Of a stretch of DNA of 64,000 bases, positions 29,468 through 60,960 are shown piece after piece (the stretch's first letter is position 1; each line of letters opens with the position of its first letter). The notes beneath the pieces were generated by a model. That model searched no databases. It was not told where the DNA came from and worked only from the letters and a program-made list of their open reading frames with translations. The stretch comes from Tubulanus polymorphus (Eukaryota > Animalia > Nemertea): the NCBI RefSeq assembly GCF_964204645.1, contig NC_134029.1:6014001-6078000 (forward strand). The letters are read 5' to 3'. Position numbers and translations under genes: made by a program.

Positions 29468-31169
29468 CTGCTTGCATAAGAAATGATCGAATCGCTATCG
29501 TACATACATAACACCTATGCCCGTAGAGCAAACACGCGAAATCAAAAGATGCTCAATATTCAGACATCGTCCGGCACAGCTGTGCTTCATATTCCCGTCG
29601 GACGATTCTCGAATTTGGACGTGATAACGGATGCGTCGATGAAATAGGATTTTCCCCCCATATCAATAATGTGTCGCTTATGAAATGTCCATGTAGGTCT
29701 GGCTATATTATTGTCGATGAAACATGGATGAGAGTAGAATATACTTGCACTAAAGATTGATAAATTTCATATGTACGAAAATGTTGAATAATACGCCCCC
29801 CTTATCAAAAGTGTTGATATTTTACAAAACGAACATTTGATAAAACGAAAAAATAGAATAATCTCGGAAATGACACAGTTTGTGAGTCACGTTCAATCGA
29901 TCGACGAACAAAATGACGTCGCGGCCGTAAGGAGAGGATGTTTAACCTCTCCCCGTGGAGTTCTGATTTACGAAGCGTTTCGAACGTTAACTTGTCAAAA
30001 CACGAAATGTACGTTTCGGCTTGAACGGTTTCGGTTTCATCGATCGTTATTACGGTGAATTTCGGATTTTCCGATTCGATTCCGGCACGTTCATTCCAAG
30101 TGTGTACGTCAACATAGCTCGATGAAGTTTACAAAATGATTTGAGACAAAAAAGGAAAAACAACCTAATTCGAGTGTGGGTCGTGAAAAGGCCCATTTAT
30201 TCAGCGCCAGTCTCGAGGGCTTTAATATCTTTTTCAGTGATTTTACCAAGAATCAAATTTAATCTTTTGAAATGGATCCTTGTTCCTATACTTGCATTTC
30301 TACTCAATCGAGTGCCGAATGAAGATAATAATCAGTAGTTCAATATTTCGAATGATTGGAATGTTTACGAACATTAGAAAAATCGTAGAAATTTGCGTCA
30401 TGCATTTTGTTGGAAGTGTGTGTTATTAGAAAATAATTCAAAGCCTCTGCGGGTGATCTATCATATTTTTTTGAAAAAGAAAAAAGGCGAATCGTTGTAG
30501 ACAACTGAGGTGGAAAATCGCTATTTAATAGATCGAATGAAAATCGCTTCATTTTTGTTATTGAATATCCTTTGTGTTGCGGCATCAACAGTTCGACAGA
30601 GAACGCGCCAAGTCGCAAATTTAATAAAGTGCTTATTCCTTCCGCCGTTAGTTTTATCATTTAGGCAATTTTGACACATTTGTGGCTGATACGATTGACT
30701 TTCGATATTTGCGCGGTTCGCCCCGGCGTACGCAGATCGTTTTTCTAATTTATCAGCTTCGATTCCGATCTATCATTCGTCTCGGCGGCAGTGGCGGCGC
30801 CGCGAGTTCAGAACGAACGAATCGACGGTTCGGTATCGACGATTGATGTCGCATTCACGATTTGTGATTTATGAACACCCGACAGCCGGGCTAATTTCTT
30901 TGCGCGGCCGCAACAATAAAATAACAACCAACAGTTACTCACCATCTATATCATCATCTATTATATCCACTGTGTTTGTACAGAAAACCTGTTTAGACCA
31001 ATTCCTATTACAAGTCAGTGTAAATCAATGTATATCAAATCAAAGTGTCAGTGTATATCAAATCATCGATACCACGTTACCTACATCGGTGTCTCTTAAA
31101 AATTTATAAAAATTCATATCATAAAATACGGTATTTAGTCGTTCTAACGAAACAAGCTACCGAATAGGG

Positions 31170-31350
31170 AGCCCAACGCACACGAAGTAGGACAACAGGG
31201 GAAACACGGAAATACAGAAACACGGAATCAAACAAGTTCAATTTCGGAAACATTGTTTCCCGGAACTACGTTTCTCGTAAACGCACACGATACAGGGAAA
31301 ATGTTTCTGTCTCCTGTTTCCGTATTTCCCTGTGTCGTCTGCATTTGGCT
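31170..31350. mobile_element. Foldback/MITE-like element
   Basis: AGCCCAACGCACACGA..ACAGGGGAAACACGGAAA is the inverted partner of TTTCCGTATTTCCCTGTGTCGTCTGCATTTGGCT; followed by a 20-bp tandem duplication (31352-31394). Confidence 0.7.
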
Positions 31351-32862
31351 TTACGATGGTTAGGTCCTATATACGATGGTTAGGTCCTATATACAATTTT
31401 TTGTTCTTCATATTTCATATCTTCTTCATATCGTTGTGAATTTGCTAATTTTCAAAATAACCCAGTCGTTCGCTGTTCTAATCGTATCTCAGAATAGAAA
31501 TGAAATGAAGGGTGAAAATCCTTACTAACTGTCATTCTGAGATTACGAGTTCCGTCTCCGTGATTTAACGATACCTAATTTGGCAGTAGTTTTTGAAGAT
31601 GTCTCGCGTATCTTATCCACTCAGCCTGTTTAATTTCGTCGAATATAAGAAAATCGATGAGACATCAAGAATCGTTGATATCGATAGTTGTTAATGACTT
31701 AACGCGTCTCAGGGTTTTCTGATGTCGATACCTCGTGTCCGTTGCGCTGGCTAAATAGACGAAACCAATGTGGCGAAATTAACGTACGGCTCATCGACAC
31801 GTTTTCAACCGCGTTATTCAAGATAGCTTATTTAGAAGGAAGGAGGTAACCGAAAAACTTTTGCCTATTTCTGATCGCCCAGTCACTTAAACTCTGTATA
31901 CGCAGTAACAATCAAGTAGTACTCCAGATTACTCTTTGTCGGTGTGTCTTTCTTGGAAGTAGCTGAAGGACAACATAATATAAATGTAAGCGATTACTTC
32001 GCTTCGGTAGGTAAAGCAGAACGATGAAACATATAGGGGTAGTCATGGCGATGTCGTATATTCTTCAATTTGTTTACAATAGAAAAAGTCTTATTTGGCT
32101 ACGATTTTCCCGATCGCTAAACGCTGACCGTCGTAAACATTCCAAGATTGTGAACCAATTAGCGCGTGAGCGACTGCGAAATGGCTTCGTTTACGGTAAT
32201 GCAGGAGGATCGAAACTCATGAAATGCTATAATGAAAATAAAAAGCGTCTGAAATGTTTGTTCTGCGTCCGCTACGAAATGACAGTGGTATACGCATTAA
32301 ATCTGACGCACAGTTCCGGTTACTGTTCGTCATTGCAGTTATTTCATCTCAATCCGATACTCGCCGCGCGGGAACCACAAAATGGACGCGGGCTCCTTCT
32401 CGTACGGAGCAATAAATCTTTCTTGTAAGTGTACCGGTGGGAATTGTGAACGTATGCACGATTGAAACTTATAATCACCCCGGTGACGAGTCACTTTTAC
32501 CGCGAGTAAATCAACTGGAATTTTCCTTTAGCGGGCTGTGTTTAGTAAATTCACTCGTGCTGAAACGAGAGTCCCTTCACTCGATTTCACATCGCCGTAG
32601 TTGAGGATTTTGTTATTGTGATTCGCCGGGTTTCGTTTTGCGGTAGTCGCAGAATATTGATGTGTTGTGCCGATGGTCGTCTTTCGACAGCCGCGTTTGC
32701 GAACGGAATGAACAAAAATCGACCATTGGAAAATTCGCGATACGCGTGTACATAAAAATCGTCTGCGCAGAAATTGGGTCTTTCTTTTGACCTTAAACGA
32801 TGAATTGAAAACTATCGACCTGTCATAATGAGAAGATAAAATTTACTACAAATAAATATAAT

Positions 32863-50844
<17,982 letters not shown>

Positions 50845-53122
50845 GCGTTTATTTATACGTCGTATATTGGATTCAATGTATCGGTAACCATTATATGGAT
50901 TGTGTACGTTCACTATGAGATAGATGCAATGTTTTAAGAGTAAACTGGCAGCGGCGAATTTCTCGTAACGTATAGTCGTCGAGTGAACGCGTTTGATTTC
51001 GTCGTATGGTTTGAACAACGTTGTGATATACGTATATGATGATAATGATGGGTGAGGATGGTAGTGTGGGAAAAATGAAGGAGTTTAAGTTCTTCTGATT
51101 CCGAAAAACTGGACTTGGATTATTTTTCAGTTCTATCGAAAAAGAGCGGAGTGTTCTACGTGTTGTACGAGTATTTTTACTTTTATCGGTGGAATCCACT
51201 GAAATAAGCTGCCTATATTAAGCATAGTGGCGCTTTATATAATATGAAATATCGATTGCATCAATGATATTATAGTTTAGACGCCCTCTTGTAAGAAGGG
51301 AGTGTTCTGAGATTTAAATCATATGAAATACGCACACTCCACTCGCAAATAGTTCAGATACTTAAAAGACTAACGATATCAGTTGACGTACTGTATAATA
51401 ATGATAATGACTGTGTTGTCGTGTTCTAAGAACTATAAACTGCGGAAAGACTGGACGCCGCCATGTTTTTACTAAAGCATACAGTTCTTTGATAGTTTTC
51501 CCCTGTAGTATATACTTCCCTAGGTAGTTTTCCATCTATCAAAAAAGAACAAGCAAAATCTGTCGGTACAGTTGGCTATAAAGTATAGTAGTATGTCTCG
51601 AATATTGGTGTCACATTGTAATGTATTGCATAATTGATATTGTTACACTTAACCGGTGTGTTATCTATCATTAAGAATAAGTTTGACGGTATAGATCGAT
51701 AATCTTCATATATATTCGCTTATTATGCTATGTGTAATATATGAATATGTGACTTAACACGTGGTGTGATTGATGATTAGGTTATTTGTTGATAAATTCG
51801 GTTAGATTTTCTATTGCAAACGACGGATGAAAGAAACTAAACTTGATTTCGGGGAACAAGTCAAAGTTATTGTGATCGCACCAGTGTTGCTGTATGGTCA
51901 TTCAGATAGACACGTGCCTTTTTAGATATTTTATATACATTCGGGTAAAAATGGCCACTCGTAGTGAAGATAATAACTGTATTTCAATAATTATGAGTTT
52001 ACTATTGTTCAGTGTTGGTGATATGGTGATTGTTTAAGTATATAACATAGATACATTGAAACAAACGTAGGAGAATAGTAGAGCTATACAATGGCTGTAC
52101 ATTGATAAAAATTGAAATACCACGGCGACCACATCCGTAATTTAACCGACGCAGACATGGTACAAAAGATCACACATGGTACAAAACAAGCGCCATCTAT
52201 TGCGTGCTTTGGGATGTTCTCATGTCATCATAACACGAATTTATTTCGGGTCTGGATGGGAAATCCAAATAATGTTAGGTCTACACCATTAAAGACATTA
52301 CTTGAATATTTGCCAAATTCGCTGTGTGTTTCAAAGTACGTACGTATTACAATATGACACTAAAATTAACTACTTCTATGGTGAAGACGTAATTAAACGT
52401 TTTAATCTTTTGACGGAATGTTTGTTTGTTCTTTTATGGTTTGTATTTTCATATTTTTTCTGTAAAGATCTGCGATCTCGGTGCATTATTTTGTGTTTGC
52501 TCAATCATGATGTCGCATTATAGTTCGCACTACATATACTGATGTACTCACTATCTTGCTGCTGGGGAAAGTGATATTTTTCGACATCATCGTTGCATAG
52601 AAAAAACCACAAATTCTAAAATCGAGACCGATCATGACATTGTGTTGCTTAAACCTTAAAAAAAAACTCCTCGTCACCTGGAATCCTGTTCTTTGTAATA
52701 TCATCATTATTTATTATCAATTCCATAATGCAAGAAAATTCCAATATGTCTCCCTTCAAAATTCCATTTCATTGCGTATATTTTCTATATTTTGCGTGAC
52801 GAGTTTTTAATTTACGAACTAAGCTACCGAGAAGCCGAAATAGATATAAGGGCTTCCAACCGCGTTGCTTCCCATGAAGACTTAACAATATGTAACGTTT
52901 ATATAAGCTTGATCTTCATTTACGCAGTAATTTCTTAGCGTATCCAGTCCAGCTTAATCGAATAATGATTTTATAACATATTTAGATGATTCTTAACTTA
53001 AAAACATTTATTATTTAATATACATCTATATTTTCTGTAAACAGAGGTCATATACGGAAATAGTGATGTTGATGTTAACCCCTGCCAAATAACCAATCAG
53101 ATATCGAATTCGAAAGAAAGGT

Positions 53123-53197
53123 ACCAAAATAAACAATTCAGTTAGATTGATTATAAAAGACCAAAATAAACAATTCAGTGAGATTGATCATGAAAGA
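53123..53197 (+). repeat. 37-bp tandem duplication carrying two AATAAA hexamers (candidate nAChR poly(A) signals)
   Basis: ACCAAAATAAACAATTCAGT.AGATTGAT.AT.AAAG twice; AATAAA at 53128 and 53165. Confidence 0.6.
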
Positions 53198-53703
53198 CTA
53201 GAACAAATTGATTTCAGTTTCATTTTGGCAAGAATTCAATTTTGTTACGAAAACGATATACTTTTTCCTGAGGCCTTATATATACATTTGGTCGCACAAG
53301 CAAGCAACAGTATTTTCTATTGTATTACTAGATTGAGGGCGAACTAGTTTTCTCCACTGCCATATCAGCGCAGCTTTTGGGACACCAGTTGATCTTAGAA
53401 TATATATATCTCACATTAGAATTTGTTTCATCGTAGTATATACATCATAACTTGGTTTTTGATTTTATTCATCGCTGTCTGATAGAGTATTGAAAATGCT
53501 GTATACGTAATGACTCGTTCATAACGGCCTCAAAAAATCGGAATCTACAAAATTAGAAAATTTAGTACAACCATATCTATTAGTTGTAAGATGAACAAAA
53601 CAATACTGCCAACAAGAGACATTTGATTTTAGCGATTTTATGGTGTTTTACAGTTTAGTAACTCAAAAACGATTTGAATTCCTGTACGTGTATGTGGCGA
53701 AAG

Positions 53704-53830
53704 CAGGGCCGTACCTAGAGGGGGAAGGGGCAGTCGACCCCCTAGAAAATTTAGAGAAGTGCCGTTTTTGCAAATATTGTTGTCATAACCGATAGAACTT
53801 CCCTTTTTTCGAGATTATCTACCCTCAAAT
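53704..53830 (+). mobile_element. Partial MITE-like element, family of 18456-18599
   Basis: CAGGGCCGTACCTAGAGGGGG end plus shared AAGTGC..TTTTTGCAAATAT interior. Confidence 0.6.
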
Positions 53831-54392
53831 CGCAAGATATATTATCAACATAGAATTTGAGTATGTTAAAACGAGTAACGGTTAAAACTTTAAACTACCG
53901 TACCGTATTTACCCATCCTATACCCCGTGTGATGTCATATGGTTCTATAGAGGTTTTGGTTTTGGATATTTCTAAGAGAGTTATTTATTGAAAATAATGG
54001 ATATAATAATCATGTGTTTATTAACTAACTACGTATGCTTATGAGAAACGAATGGTTGATGTATGATTTTGTTATTTCACAGTCATAACAATTGATTTAT
54101 TTTGTAACCGAATTTTCATTCAATAATGTTTTGATTTTCGTTGCACTCAAGTTAAATGTCACGTGCGTTACGTCACTCGTTGTTATGTTTGTCACGTGTC
54201 ATTATAAATGGTCACGAGGTACTTGTCCTTGTTCCTTTTGAATCAGTGACGTTCCTATTAAAATTGTCTTTTTCAACAAAACTGACCGCTTTCGTGTTGT
54301 CGATTTTTTCTCACTGCTGACGATAGGTTTTCGAGGGAGGCAATTTGGACTGCATGATTGCTGTGGTATCCCACACCGAAATCACTACATTA

Positions 54393-57300
54393 CTACGCTA
54401 TGCAGATTGTAGATAATTAGTGAATTAAAACCTAGACATTTTGATATATTGTTGCGATATAAAATCCCGATCAACGATAAAAACAGAGGATGTTTGACCG
54501 ATTTATTGCAGACATTTATTGGTCTGTTGCCTCTGAAAACAAAAATGCATTGTATTAAGAAAAAACGGTGTTTTTGAGTGATTAAATGATTTGACTTAGT
54601 CTCACCTCTACTGCAAATGATGAAATCTGATTGGAATTCACATGGCATAGGCAGCCATTTGCCAGCATTATCACCGCTAGTCCATCCAGCTATAACTGTG
54701 CACTTATCCCCGTTCCATTCATATTTTCCAAGCATTTTGTCACCTGGCCAACGTCCCCAATTTAAAAATGACCTGCAACCCGATTTTTAACCAAGGGAAC
54801 GTGATATTTTGCAGTTTATGTATTAGTAGTGAAATGATTCCTTACCTGCGCTCGTCGCTGTACACCTGAGTACCATCAAGCCATTGGAGCGCACCCCATA
54901 CAGCGCCGTTTGGACCGGGTACTGTCCAACGCACTCCGATGTGAGCTAACTTTTTATCGTCTGGACTTTTCGACCCTGTATTAAGCATTCTGAAACGTAG
55001 TTTCGTGCCGAAGGTTTATCGTACGCCAGGTTACGAAAATCGGTGGCAAACAAACAATAGCTTTTCGATACAGGCGATACATTACCTGAGAACAACATCA
55101 TTTTGTTTTTGGTTCATTATTTGCGCGGTAAGCCCGCCGCGAGCCTGGCAGAACAAATCAGTCATATATCCGTCAATGTTTCCGTTTCGAGGCCATCCTC
55201 TGTAGCAGAATTTACCTTCACGCGTCCAGCCAACAGGACAACCTAATCGAATACTGATTGCAATTAATCGATCAGATACCAACTACTTAGTATGCAATTT
55301 ACACAAAATAATCGCTCGTTACCGGATCTATCTGGCGTTGTGTCCGACTCCAGATCCTTTGTACAGAATGCCACATCAGCCAGCTGACATTTCTCGACTG
55401 ACCTTGGTTTTGATAGATACTTTTCACATTCACTATCTGGCAAATCCTTTAATGAAATCCGGATTTAACAAACATCAAATGTCACAAGAAGATGTGGATT
55501 TATTATACAATACATGCATACCTTATTTCCTTTAGCGCACTTAATCGTTCGTGTTTTTGTCGCTTCACCGCAGCAATCCGCCCATTTTCCAATGCGCCAC
55601 CTATTGTAATAAACGAACGGATTACTGGTTTCTCGTGATGATATTAGAGATAGTTATCTCTTGATATTCTACCTTGGATTGGATGCAATTTCTACTTTTT
55701 TCGTCGTCTTTTTGTCATCGTTCACACACGCACCGGAATTACAAACCTAAATGAAAGAGCATTTTGCACAACGAATCTGAGAACAAAATAAAGCAAATGC
55801 AGGAGTATACATAAGTCCAACGCAAATCCAACCCACTTTGTTGTTGGCACATAGTGAGCCTTCTAGAGCTGACATTCTACGATCGTGCGACTCGACGACT
55901 GTGTGCGGCCACGTTTTATCGCGACGTATACACCTGAGAGCTTGACAGATATCCGGTCTTTTCAAACTAGCGCTAAGAACGGCCTACAGCATAATGAAAA
56001 AATACGCGACATTATTCTTAGATCCTTTAGAGATAGAAAAATATTAGATATACCGTACATTAAACAAAGCTTCTTTTGGGCTTTGGTTGTAAAATTATAC
56101 AGGCTTTGGTCATGAAATTAGAATAGCCCATTCTCTACTGAGGAGTCCGTAAAATCTCGGTAAGATTAAATATTCGGTTATTGACGGAATGCGTGAGTGT
56201 TTGTTACCTCGAAATCGTTACCGTACGAGCTTCGACATTGCTCAATCGGATTGATCAGGTGACCGGGCTCCGCTTCAAAAATTGGACTCGCATCAATCTT
56301 AGGCTGATCTCGAATACAAGGCATTCTGTCTACTCTATATGAGATATCTATGTCCAATGAAACTGTATGAATATTTCTAAAGTTTTTGTTGTAACTCAAA
56401 TACTATTAATACCTGTCTATCCATTTCTTTACAAATTCAAGGGAACAGTCGGTCCAAAAATATTTAGGGACTTCGGTGTGACTCAACGCCCAGTGCTGAC
56501 CCATTATACTGCCTATCGTCGATGCGGCTTGGCATTTCATATTTTTCGATGTTTCGTCTTGTGGCATCCCGAACCTTAAACAGAAAGGTTATTCATTCCT
56601 ATTCGATAACTGTTCAGATTTAACATTTTAGCACCGTACGAAAAAGACAAATAACGTACGTAGCCGCAATCAAACTCGCCAACTCGACTGCGGATGCAAA
56701 TCCTTCGTCACGAATGACACCATTGCTGCTAGGACCACAAAGGAAGCCGTTTGCTTGCACATTATTCATTCTATGGCTAGAGTCAGAAAAATCTGCGTCG
56801 TAACATTTGCAATCTAACGAAGACCGAGTGTTCCAGATATTGCGATGGTTTACCGTGTTAAAAGGATAGCCGTATCGAAATGTTCGCTGGGTTTTTTATT
56901 TCTGCTTATATATTCATCGAAAGCCAGTTTCAATTCGTACGTCAGATCGAAAGATTGGATATCGAGATCCTTCTACAAAATTACATCGTAAAGCTGCTTA
57001 CTTATAATTACCATTTGAATATTTATAGCACAATTTCATTCACAAACGCCACAATTACAGTTCACGCAAATGCTTACTGGATTTTCCTTCATTATTTCAA
57101 TATTTGCCAATGCAATGTTGACGGGAAATCCAAGCTTTCCTTCCTCAAAGTGAGATTGTGTCTATATTTGTAAAATATTCATATACATAAATCATATACA
57201 ATCACGATAAAACGTAATATTTACCGAACCATCAAAATATCGGAAATACCTAAAACTATTAATACAGCTGTAATAAGCTGCTCGTAAATGCGATATGAAA

Positions 57301-57616
57301 TTATTTCATTCAAAAATAACGTTCACTCGAACGTTACTCACGGAATAGAACAATTCGACGATATATGACTGTAGTCGATCACCGTAGAAATCAAACATGG
57401 TTTTGTCAGCCACTAATTTCACTTCTACATGGATATTTCCAGCCGAAGAAAATATAACTACAATGGATTTTCATTTATAGGTTTCAGATATGCACAAAAA
57501 TGTCACACTAATCTTGAAGCTGCTGGTTTCAAAATTTCGAAAAGTAATTGTTAAAGTATCTTATTACCAGAAGTTGATAATGCCAGTAGGCATAACCGAG
57601 CGACAACAGGGAGCAT
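54393..57616 (-). CDS. Secreted ADAMTS-like pseudo-metalloprotease with disintegrin-like, TSP1 and C-type lectin domains, 15 exons, ~556 aa
   Basis: Exons 57616-57568, 57457-57342, 57161-57078, 56972-56854, 56776-56660, 56574-56413, 56334-56208, 55983-55837, 55746-55673, 55600-55522, 55446-55323, 55242-55086, 54989-54846, 54772-54606, 54397-54393; GT-AG, phase-consistent, total 1671 nt. Motifs HVEVKLVADKTM, HFDTAILLTR, SIMG Met-turn, PG..EQCRSSYG, ALEGSLC..VCNSGACV, WRIGKWADCCG, CPVGW..FCY..WLDGT..FLNW. The last micro-exon and the start codon (in-frame alternatives 57655, 57682) are less certain. Confidence 0.9.
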
Positions 57617-58151
57617 CTTTCCGACACGTACGAGTGACAAAGCACGATTTACCATTTCAGCATCGATGTCAACTTTAGTCATTGTATAAATATATATAAA
57701 TATATAACACTGCGATGAGTTCCCAAGAACAGAAAATATGATTGATTGTGCAAATATTTGGCCTGTTTTATCATTGGCATTGTTTGAAATTACAAATGTT
57801 GTCACGATGTGTGATGAGTATTAATCGATGTATGTGAACTCGACCTTGCGAACATGAAATTCGGTTGGATATTCGTTTCAAATAATTACCGATATAAAAG
57901 TGTATTCGTAGCAATTAGATTTTGAAATATATATCTTGCACCACGGGATATCGGGAATGTGACTAAATTTCTTTGCTTTAAGAGACTAATTTAGTTAATT
58001 AGTTGTATTTTGCTGAACTATAAGCGCCCTTCATTTGTACACTCTGCTCCACAAATCTGCATTTTCACGTATCTGTTATGTGAAACACTCTGAAACGCTG
58101 AATCCGACGACCTAGCAGACGTGAAAATCCATTCCGTAGTTCGTCTGCCGC

Positions 58152-58165
58152 GTAACTATGGAAAC
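58152..58165. promoter_or_regulatory. RFX X-box-like motif in the divergent promoter region
   Basis: GTAACTATGGAAAC fits GTHNYY-AT-RRNAAC; CCAAT at ~58221; strong donor G|GTAAGT at 58307/58308. Confidence 0.45.
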
Positions 58166-60960
58166 TGCATCCCGTACTGGTTTCATGTCATCAGCATATC
58201 GATGCGGCTGATTCATGTCACCAATAAAACGCTAAAATATGTACCAGGAGACACTGCGTCGTATACTAGTTAATATGTAAACGGCTCGGAGAGCAGGATT
58301 CTGATGGGTAAGTAATGTTATGATGTGCAGGTTTGGGTAAGGTTTATGTTATTTTGCAGACGTCTGACGCTGATGGTAAAGGAATGAGGATACGTAGACG
58401 CAGTTGGTGTCATTTCAATTTTAATCAGGATGAACTTCTGGGAAATTAGCTATTTCAGCAATCTGCAGCGCCTATTCTAAATCTTTCTTTATAAATGCCA
58501 ACAAAATCAACTAATTGAAGATTCAACTTCATTTTGACCATTACGAAATGTAGTACAAAGCGGCATTGGGAAGCGGCATTGTAAAGGTGGCATTGGAAGT
58601 AAACAACGCATGCAATTCAGGAGCAGAAGGTGCTATGTCGAATGCATGGATAGAACGGATAATAATTTGTCCTCATCTTATATTTTCCGGATACAAAAAC
58701 TACATTGTACCAAACGTTAGATTTAGCAGGGAGAAGATTAACGGCCTGTCATAAAGATTGTTGCGCATGGAATATTTTATGTTCATTAATGCAGTAGTAA
58801 TCAGATATATTGATCGGTAGGATCGATGACTTCGGATATCGTAATATCCTGATGAGCTTGTTAAGTCTGTTCTTATGTTGTTAGTTGGTCACCTTTCCCG
58901 CATACAATATTCCCGTTTTCGTCTGCTGATTCAAAGGAAACTACAACCAACCTACTCCCTCCCGTCAAAAAAAATAAACCCGACTGAAGCACTCTTAAAT
59001 CTTGAGAAAGTGGAAATCTATACGCCTAGCTCCATGGGTGTTAGCTCTTCCTAGATTCAGGAATAGCCGAAGCGATGACTGAAAATTTTCTTTCTTCAAA
59101 TGAATGGATTTTTAAAACCGCACGTATGACTCAGATGTTGAGTCTGGATCTATTGTTACCTGCTTACAGTAACCGGTTCTGCGATAGCGCATTGGTGATT
59201 TTCTCACCATCAGCTATAATACTAGAGTATAACTGCTGTACACGTTGCGCAGTCTAGTATGGATTCTGCCTTATATGGAAACCGGCAAGATGGACGCCCC
59301 GGCATTGCTGCGATGTAAGTAATTATTGCAATTTTCATTCATCAGGAACAATCATCTTACGAGGATGTATTTCGATGATACCACGTTTTAAATCTCATTA
59401 CTTAGATGAATGCCAAGAAGGTTGTTACGGATATTTGAATTAAGGTCAGGAGCAATGACATTTCATTTGTCCACACAACGAATACTCAACTATGTACACA
59501 TTTAGCACGAACAAGGTCTGCATTTAACAGGACTGCGAATGAAAGCAAGTTAATTCTCAAACAAATAAACATTTTATTGAGTATTTTCAAAGGATTAACT
59601 GCAATTCACACTTAATTTGGTGCTTTCAATTACTTTAGACGCAGAACTGTCAAATGTTTAATCTTAAAGACAGACAATAGACTATATTGTACTTGAAGGT
59701 CTATAAGTGATATAGCCAGAGATCACGTTTACGTTTATTTCAACATGAAAATCTTAGTTCTGATAAATCATAATTCATTTCTATAAATAGTAAATAATTT
59801 TACAACATGTAGCCTATACGACTGTACATGGTAATCGTTTCATCAGAGACTAACGCCTTATAAGCTCAGATAATCCAAACTCGGCGCTACACTGGGTTCG
59901 TTAAGCACCGATTTGAAAACGTAGCCAAACACACTCGGACAACACTTCAGTCTGAACGTATTTTGCTTGGAGAGCCACGCTCCTCCAAATTTGCTTGATA
60001 ATGATGTCGAAAATAATTATGTCAAGATGAACACGACATTCGAGTATTATTCCGTATGAAGTTCTGTAATTGAGCAATATTTTTTCGTACTGTTTAAATG
60101 TCATACCAGATATTTAGAATTCAAGGCACGCATTTTCTCCCTGTGTTTTCGCGTTTTTCAATCGGAATCTCAATTTCAATGTATTCTCTTACATTTCTAA
60201 ACTGTCGAAATTTACACCGACGCCTATATTTGCATACTTCATTCAAACGGCCTCGACAAAGGTAAGTGCTTTTAAAACGGACTAAACACTTATATTTGCA
60301 TCGATATACATAATATTACGGGGCACTTCGCGGCCTTACTTCGTCGCGCCGCGCAGGCTGACGCCGGCTCAGCTCTTTCTGGCTACAGTGAACAATTTTC
60401 GAAAAACGAATTAAATTTTCGCCGTGAACAGAAAACAACACGAGCTTTAACCAGATTATAGTTTATTCTAACGAGCATCGTATGCGTTTAATATGGAGAA
60501 GAGAGGTATTATGTATATATGATATAAAGTGGCGCAGATGTTAGGAGCAGTCAGGCTTACACTTCGTCAGCGCGTTCGAAACAACTATCAATATCGGCTC
60601 CTACTTATCAGCGAGGGTTAAAAACAACGAGACCGTTTGCCCGGATAACGAGTTCATAAGTTCAGTCGTTTATATCCCATGCACATATTATGTGCATTTT
60701 GCGTATTCTACGGATGGAACAATAGGCAGTTAACAGTAATTGTATATTCTACATCTCAAAATGGAACCGAAACCAAGGCAATCGTTATATTCAATAAGAT
60801 CGTGGTTGGAAACGGTAAGTCCTGGGAGAATAATGTAGCGCGAGGAATAGAAGAGACTCCGGTTTGGTGACGGCAAGGATTCATGTCTAATGTGCTATAT
60901 GAACTAGGGACTGGGTTCCAACTTAATTGTGGTTTTTCATGAATTTACTTCGATAATATT

